The notes beneath the pieces are model-generated. The model saw only the letters and a list, made by a program, of their open reading frames with translations, did not search any database and was not told the DNA's origin. A DNA stretch of 64,000 bases, taken from a virus. Lineage: Duplodnaviria; Caudoviricetes. Numbering within the stretch: position 1 is the stretch's first letter; each line of letters opens with the position of its first letter. Positions 60,433 through 64,000 of the stretch are shown here, piece after piece. The stretch lies in the IMG/VR virus record IMGVR_UViG_3300042350_003801; one strand, 5' to 3'. Both the position numbers and the translations under genes were made by a program.

Positions 60433-61137
60433 TCAGGAAGCAGAGGTTTTGAGGTTACGAACGTTGAAATAGAAGCCAGACTTATTGGCTTCTAATTTTT
60501 CATCCAGGAGGTTTTGAATCACCGCCAACGTAGCAGCGGCTGCCATAAAGTTGGCGGCGATAAGTTGCGGGCGAGACTCTTGAAGTCTGGCACAACTACC
60601 GGCGCGAGGAATTTCATCTTCCGGTTGGCTAATGTTGGGAACAACATCTTTTGGATTCATTCCAACATTCTCTCCATTGATGCGACCAAACCAAAGTGTT
60701 TGACCGCGAACTTCTTCAATACCATCACTGTTACCAGGAGTAATAAAGAAAAAGTCTTTGTCGGTGCAGGTAAGCATAATGGCATCAATTACAGCGGCGC
60801 GGGTTGCATCGTTATCAACCGCTGCAATAATCAGTGGAGACTCACTTTCCTCCAGGAAAGGAACAAAAGATGCCATCGTGATGTACTCACCAAATGCATT
60901 AACATTAGTGAGACCCATTGCACTACACATCTCAGCCATTGCATCAGCCTTATTTTGACCAACGTGATCCGGTGTCATAAACTGACGACTCTGATTCTTA
61001 TTCTCAAAGTCATCACCATCAATAATCGTAACCATATTGTCACGAGTCGCCGGATGATACTGAAGGGTTTTAACAAGAGGTGGAATAAGATACCCACCGG
61101 TACCGCCAGTTCCGATCACAAAAGTCTTATCAAACAT
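60433..61137 (-). CDS. ThiF/E1-family ubiquitin-like activating enzyme
   Basis: VIGTGGTGG, IDGDDFENKNQSRQ, GQNKA, AVDN, candidate catalytic Cys in GSCA; no Zn CxxC pairs. Confidence 0.92.
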   Translation of the reverse strand: MFDKTFVIGTGGTGGYLIPPLVKTLQYHPATRDNMVTIIDGDDFENKNQSRQFMTPDHVGQNKADAMAEMCSAMGLTNVNAFGEYITMASFVPFLEESESPLIIAAVDNDATRAAVIDAIMLTCTDKDFFFITPGNSDGIEEVRGQTLWFGRINGENVGMNPKDVVPNISQPEDEIPRAGSCARLQESRPQLIAANFMAAAATLAVIQNLLDEKLEANKSGFYFNVRNLKTSAS

Positions 61138-61210
61138 AAAGAAGAAGAGGGGTGAAGGACAAATGAATCATAGGGCAAAGATTGCCCCTAGGATGAAGAA
61201 GTGGACGGTT

Positions 61211-62122
61211 TCACAACTGTCCAATAAGTTCTCCATTTTTGGTCACAAACCATTCTTTTTCACAAGAATCAGGCATCGTAAGATAACCATGATAGCTAAC
61301 TCCTTCGTGCTCAAGAACTGTTTCACGAAGAGGAAGAAGCATCATATAATTAGCCTCTTTAATGGGCTTAAATCCCGCCGAAATCATCCAGAAAAATGCA
61401 GAGATGTTATCTTCGGCATGGAGCATAAAGAGAGCATCTGCTTTTTCTGCAATGAACTTATAGTTCTGGGCATAGGTCTTAAAGAAGTTATCTGTGGCAA
61501 TATCATTTTTAACAATCTCATTATTCCGCACGAAATCGTGAATCTTGGTGAGATCGTTATTAAAGGGACTATCAAAAAACAACTTCACCATACTTTTAAG
61601 CGACTTTGGCCGCTCATTTCCTCCCCAACAAATAGCATGTGAACTATGAGTATTCGCAAGATGCTTACGTTGTTTGGAAAATTTAATCCTATTTTTAACA
61701 ACTTGGGTTGCCTGAAGGAATGCTTTCTGGTATTCATTAGTTGCCTGAAACCGTTTGTCGCGAGACTTAATATCTAGACTCAGTTGAAAAACAGTAGGAG
61801 CAACATCAAATTTTACTTTATTTGGTTCAGGAACTGCTAGACCTTTGGGGCATACACTTTCCGGGCCAAATCCGCTCTCTTGAACCGGATCACACCGACG
61901 ATTATTAACGTGTCTACAAGAATAACAGTTGTCTCTAAAAAATATATCATAAAGGCCGAGAGAATTGGGATTTACTTGGTCAACCTTGGAAAAGTTGTCC
62001 TCCATATGTGCCGCTAGAAATAGCCGGTCAGTTGTGAAGGTGTACGAAATTGCCGTTGTTTGAGTAGGAAGAAGATGAAGATTCCCCTTTGCGGGGGAGT
62101 CGGAAAAAATAACTGAATTCAT
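61211..62122 (-). CDS. Prokaryotic E2-like conjugating enzyme (PRTRC protein B / Prok-E2_D-like)
   Basis: LANTHSSHAICWGGN...FFDSPFNNDL; ICWG Cys sits at the E2 active-site position. Confidence 0.72.
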   Translation of the reverse strand: MNSVIFSDSPAKGNLHLLPTQTTAISYTFTTDRLFLAAHMEDNFSKVDQVNPNSLGLYDIFFRDNCYSCRHVNNRRCDPVQESGFGPESVCPKGLAVPEPNKVKFDVAPTVFQLSLDIKSRDKRFQATNEYQKAFLQATQVVKNRIKFSKQRKHLANTHSSHAICWGGNERPKSLKSMVKLFFDSPFNNDLTKIHDFVRNNEIVKNDIATDNFFKTYAQNYKFIAEKADALFMLHAEDNISAFFWMISAGFKPIKEANYMMLLPLRETVLEHEGVSYHGYLTMPDSCEKEWFVTKNGELIGQL

Positions 62123-62207
62123 TACGGTTTAACGGGTTAAGTGATCATTTTAAGTATAGGGGCAAAACTTGCCCCGTTCTACTATCGGTGTGCCAGTTCA
62201 ACGGCTG

Positions 62208-63320
62208 TCACGAAGACAACTCAATTTCAACTCCAATAAGAAAAGCAGCAAGTTGTTGCTTCATTTCATCAAGAGCATCCGAATCATTACGATTCTGCTT
62301 TAGATAATCCTCGAGCAAGTCAATAATGGGATAAATGTCTTCGGCGATTGGAACATCATTGGTAGTTTCAGTTACGTCAATAATTCCATCACTAAAGTAG
62401 AACGGATCGCTACACTTATCTTGCCAAGTATCACGATATTCCCAACTGTATTCAGAGTCTTCCCCATCATTGACGCCATAACTGTGGCTACAATACTCTT
62501 GATAAGAATTGTAAGTCTTTTTGGTTACAGGATTTTGCCTTGCTGGGGGAAGTTTCTTGAGAATGTTGCTCGTTGCAGCACGAACAGCCCGGCCACCATT
62601 GAAACCATAGGTAGCAGGAGTAGAGAAGTCAACATACTTGAGTACATTCTCGTGAAAGGTTACACCTTCTATGGGAGTTGCATCAATTAGATTATCATAA
62701 TGAAGTTTGAAGCGGCGATTGTTACCAGTAACACTGGCAGCAATTTCATACTTCATAGTCTTGGTATTAATCTTACCCACAGTAAGATGAATTCCAGGAT
62801 CGCCTAGCTCGTACTTATCATCAACGCCTGAGAAGAAGGCATTCATCGTATTATGCGAGTGGCTAGAACCTACAGGAACCCACCCTTCAGGAGGATAAGA
62901 CGTAAATTCTTCGCCAGTAACAAGGTCAACACACTCATCAAAGTTATCAGCCTTGACGCTTGCGGCTGTTACTTTTTGTTTGGGAACAACTGCACGATAT
63001 TGAGAAGGATTGGAAGCATTACGCAAGAAGCGAACAGATACTTCCATCTGTGAAGGAACCTTGTCTACAAAGTAGAAACAAAGTTTAATCCAACGGGACC
63101 AAAGATCGGCCGGAACGCGATGAATATCTTCCCTAACTTCAAAATACTCAAGAATTTCTTTAGTAAGGTCAAAGTTAGCCTCGGGGTCTGAGCAAGGGCG
63201 CAAGTAACTAACCCACGGACCTTTATAGACTTCCCAGGTTCCATCATCCGGTGTTCGTAGAATAGAAGGTGGAGCTTCAACCACGGGAGATTCTTCAATT
63301 GTGAGAGTTTCTTCGGTCAT
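62208..63320 (-). CDS. JAB/MPN+ metallo-isopeptidase (PRTRC protein A-like) with an acidic tail
   Basis: MEV..., VPKQKVT..SV, SHSH.TMNAFFSGVDD (JAMM HxH..S..D), GIHLTVGKI. Confidence 0.85.
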   Translation of the reverse strand: MTEETLTIEESPVVEAPPSILRTPDDGTWEVYKGPWVSYLRPCSDPEANFDLTKEILEYFEVREDIHRVPADLWSRWIKLCFYFVDKVPSQMEVSVRFLRNASNPSQYRAVVPKQKVTAASVKADNFDECVDLVTGEEFTSYPPEGWVPVGSSHSHNTMNAFFSGVDDKYELGDPGIHLTVGKINTKTMKYEIAASVTGNNRRFKLHYDNLIDATPIEGVTFHENVLKYVDFSTPATYGFNGGRAVRAATSNILKKLPPARQNPVTKKTYNSYQEYCSHSYGVNDGEDSEYSWEYRDTWQDKCSDPFYFSDGIIDVTETTNDVPIAEDIYPIIDLLEDYLKQNRNDSDALDEMKQQLAAFLIGVEIELSS

Positions 63321-63335
63321 AATGTAGTAGGAAAG

Positions 63336-63381
63336 AAAAAACCCGCCCAGTCATTGAAAACAACCGGGCGGGCAGGATTCA
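63336..63381 (-). terminator. Intrinsic terminator between Ubl and JAB
   Basis: CCCGCCCGG...CTGGGCGGG followed by a T-run on the minus strand. Confidence 0.7.
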
Positions 63382-63396
63382 AGAGAGCTGAAGAAA

Positions 63397-63666
63397 TCAG
63401 GCGGCGCCTTTGCCTTCAGCTTTGATTACACCACGGACGGTTTCACCGGGACGGACTTGGGTAGGGCCAGGCACTTCAACGTTGTTGATAGCGAAGGTGC
63501 GAACGCGAGTAACGTCGCTGATAAGACGATGGCCGTACTCACCGAACAGTTGGGAAACGGTCTTGCCATTGTACTGTTCAAAGGTGAGAGCCAGTTCTTC
63601 CTCGTTCACCACAAGGGTAACGGCGGCGCTGGTATCTTGTTGGCGGAGGTTATCGTAGAAAGACAT
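63397..63666 (-). CDS. Ubiquitin-like (beta-grasp) modifier ending EGKGAA
   Basis: 89 aa; first gene of an E1/E2/JAB operon; TV..L...F.INN.EV.....VRPGETV strand pattern; near-terminal Gly. Confidence 0.72.
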   Translation of the reverse strand: MSFYDNLRQQDTSAAVTLVVNEEELALTFEQYNGKTVSQLFGEYGHRLISDVTRVRTFAINNVEVPGPTQVRPGETVRGVIKAEGKGAA

Positions 63667-63764
63667 AATGATTAATTTCAGGGTAAGGGACGGTTGTTGT
63701 GTTTGAGGCGTTTGCCTCGTTCACCCTTATAAACTAACACAGATTGGTTGGTTTGGGGTGAATG

Positions 63765-63990
63765 GTGGACAGTTGATTTACTGGCCTTGGGGTTTGGTGA
63801 ATGTTGCGGGAGGACCGCGATTCACTTTAAGAAGCATAACACCTTTTTCTAAGTTTGGGGTGAAATGTGGACAGTTGATTTACTGGCCTTTGGAGTTGAT
63901 GAATGCTGCGGGTGGCCCGCGATTCACTAGAAACAACATAACAGGTTTTCTGGGATTGAGGAGTGGATGGTGGACGGTTGCTAAAGTGTC
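63765..63990 (-). repeat. Tandem 102-103 bp promoter plus hairpin units (may continue beyond the window)
   Basis: GTGGAC(A/G)GTTG starts at 63765, 63867 and 63970; the first two units share about 75 nt. Confidence 0.8.
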
Positions 63991-64000
63991 TTAGGCTTAT

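Noticed and set aside
27413-63675. Most plus-strand 60-210 aa ORFs in the early region
   Set aside because: They overlap better-supported minus-strand genes and have no recognisable motifs or ribosome-binding context
63758-63994. 78-aa plus-strand ORF with an internal repeat
   Set aside because: A by-product of the 102-bp tandem promoter units; the regulatory motifs read on the minus strand

Overview
64 kb of a large T4-like cyanomyophage genome, about 37% GC by eye and almost entirely minus strand. (1) 1-13.6 kb: baseplate wedge module gp8 (cut by the window edge), a 3554-aa gp7, gp6 and gp25. (2) 13.8-22 kb: late/accessory genes, including three tandem genes with T4-style capsid-targeting N-termini (one ADP-ribosyltransferase-like), an IS607 element (tnpA plus Fanzor2-like tnpB) and an ATPase-only terminase paralogue. 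(3) 22.1-25.3 kb: psbA split by four short group I introns. Splicing them out by hand restores an intact 359-aa D1. The gene has a PhotoRC-II-like leader and a free-standing GIY-YIG nuclease just downstream. (4) 25.3-59.6 kb: a highly plastic early region of small genes. It holds repeated divergent-promoter/sRNA cassettes, a 10-member paralogue family (4 members with combinatorial 12-nt repeat arrays), a DGR-target-like lectin gene, an SF1 helicase, an HNH nuclease, a CCA-type nucleotidyltransferase, and a TerD-like 600-aa gene behind a four-hairpin RNA leader. (5) 59.9-64 kb: a complete phage-borne ubiquitin-like conjugation operon (Ubl, JAB, E2, E1 and one unknown gene) preceded by tandem promoter-hairpin units. 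All family calls come from motif recognition by eye. No database search or folding program was run.
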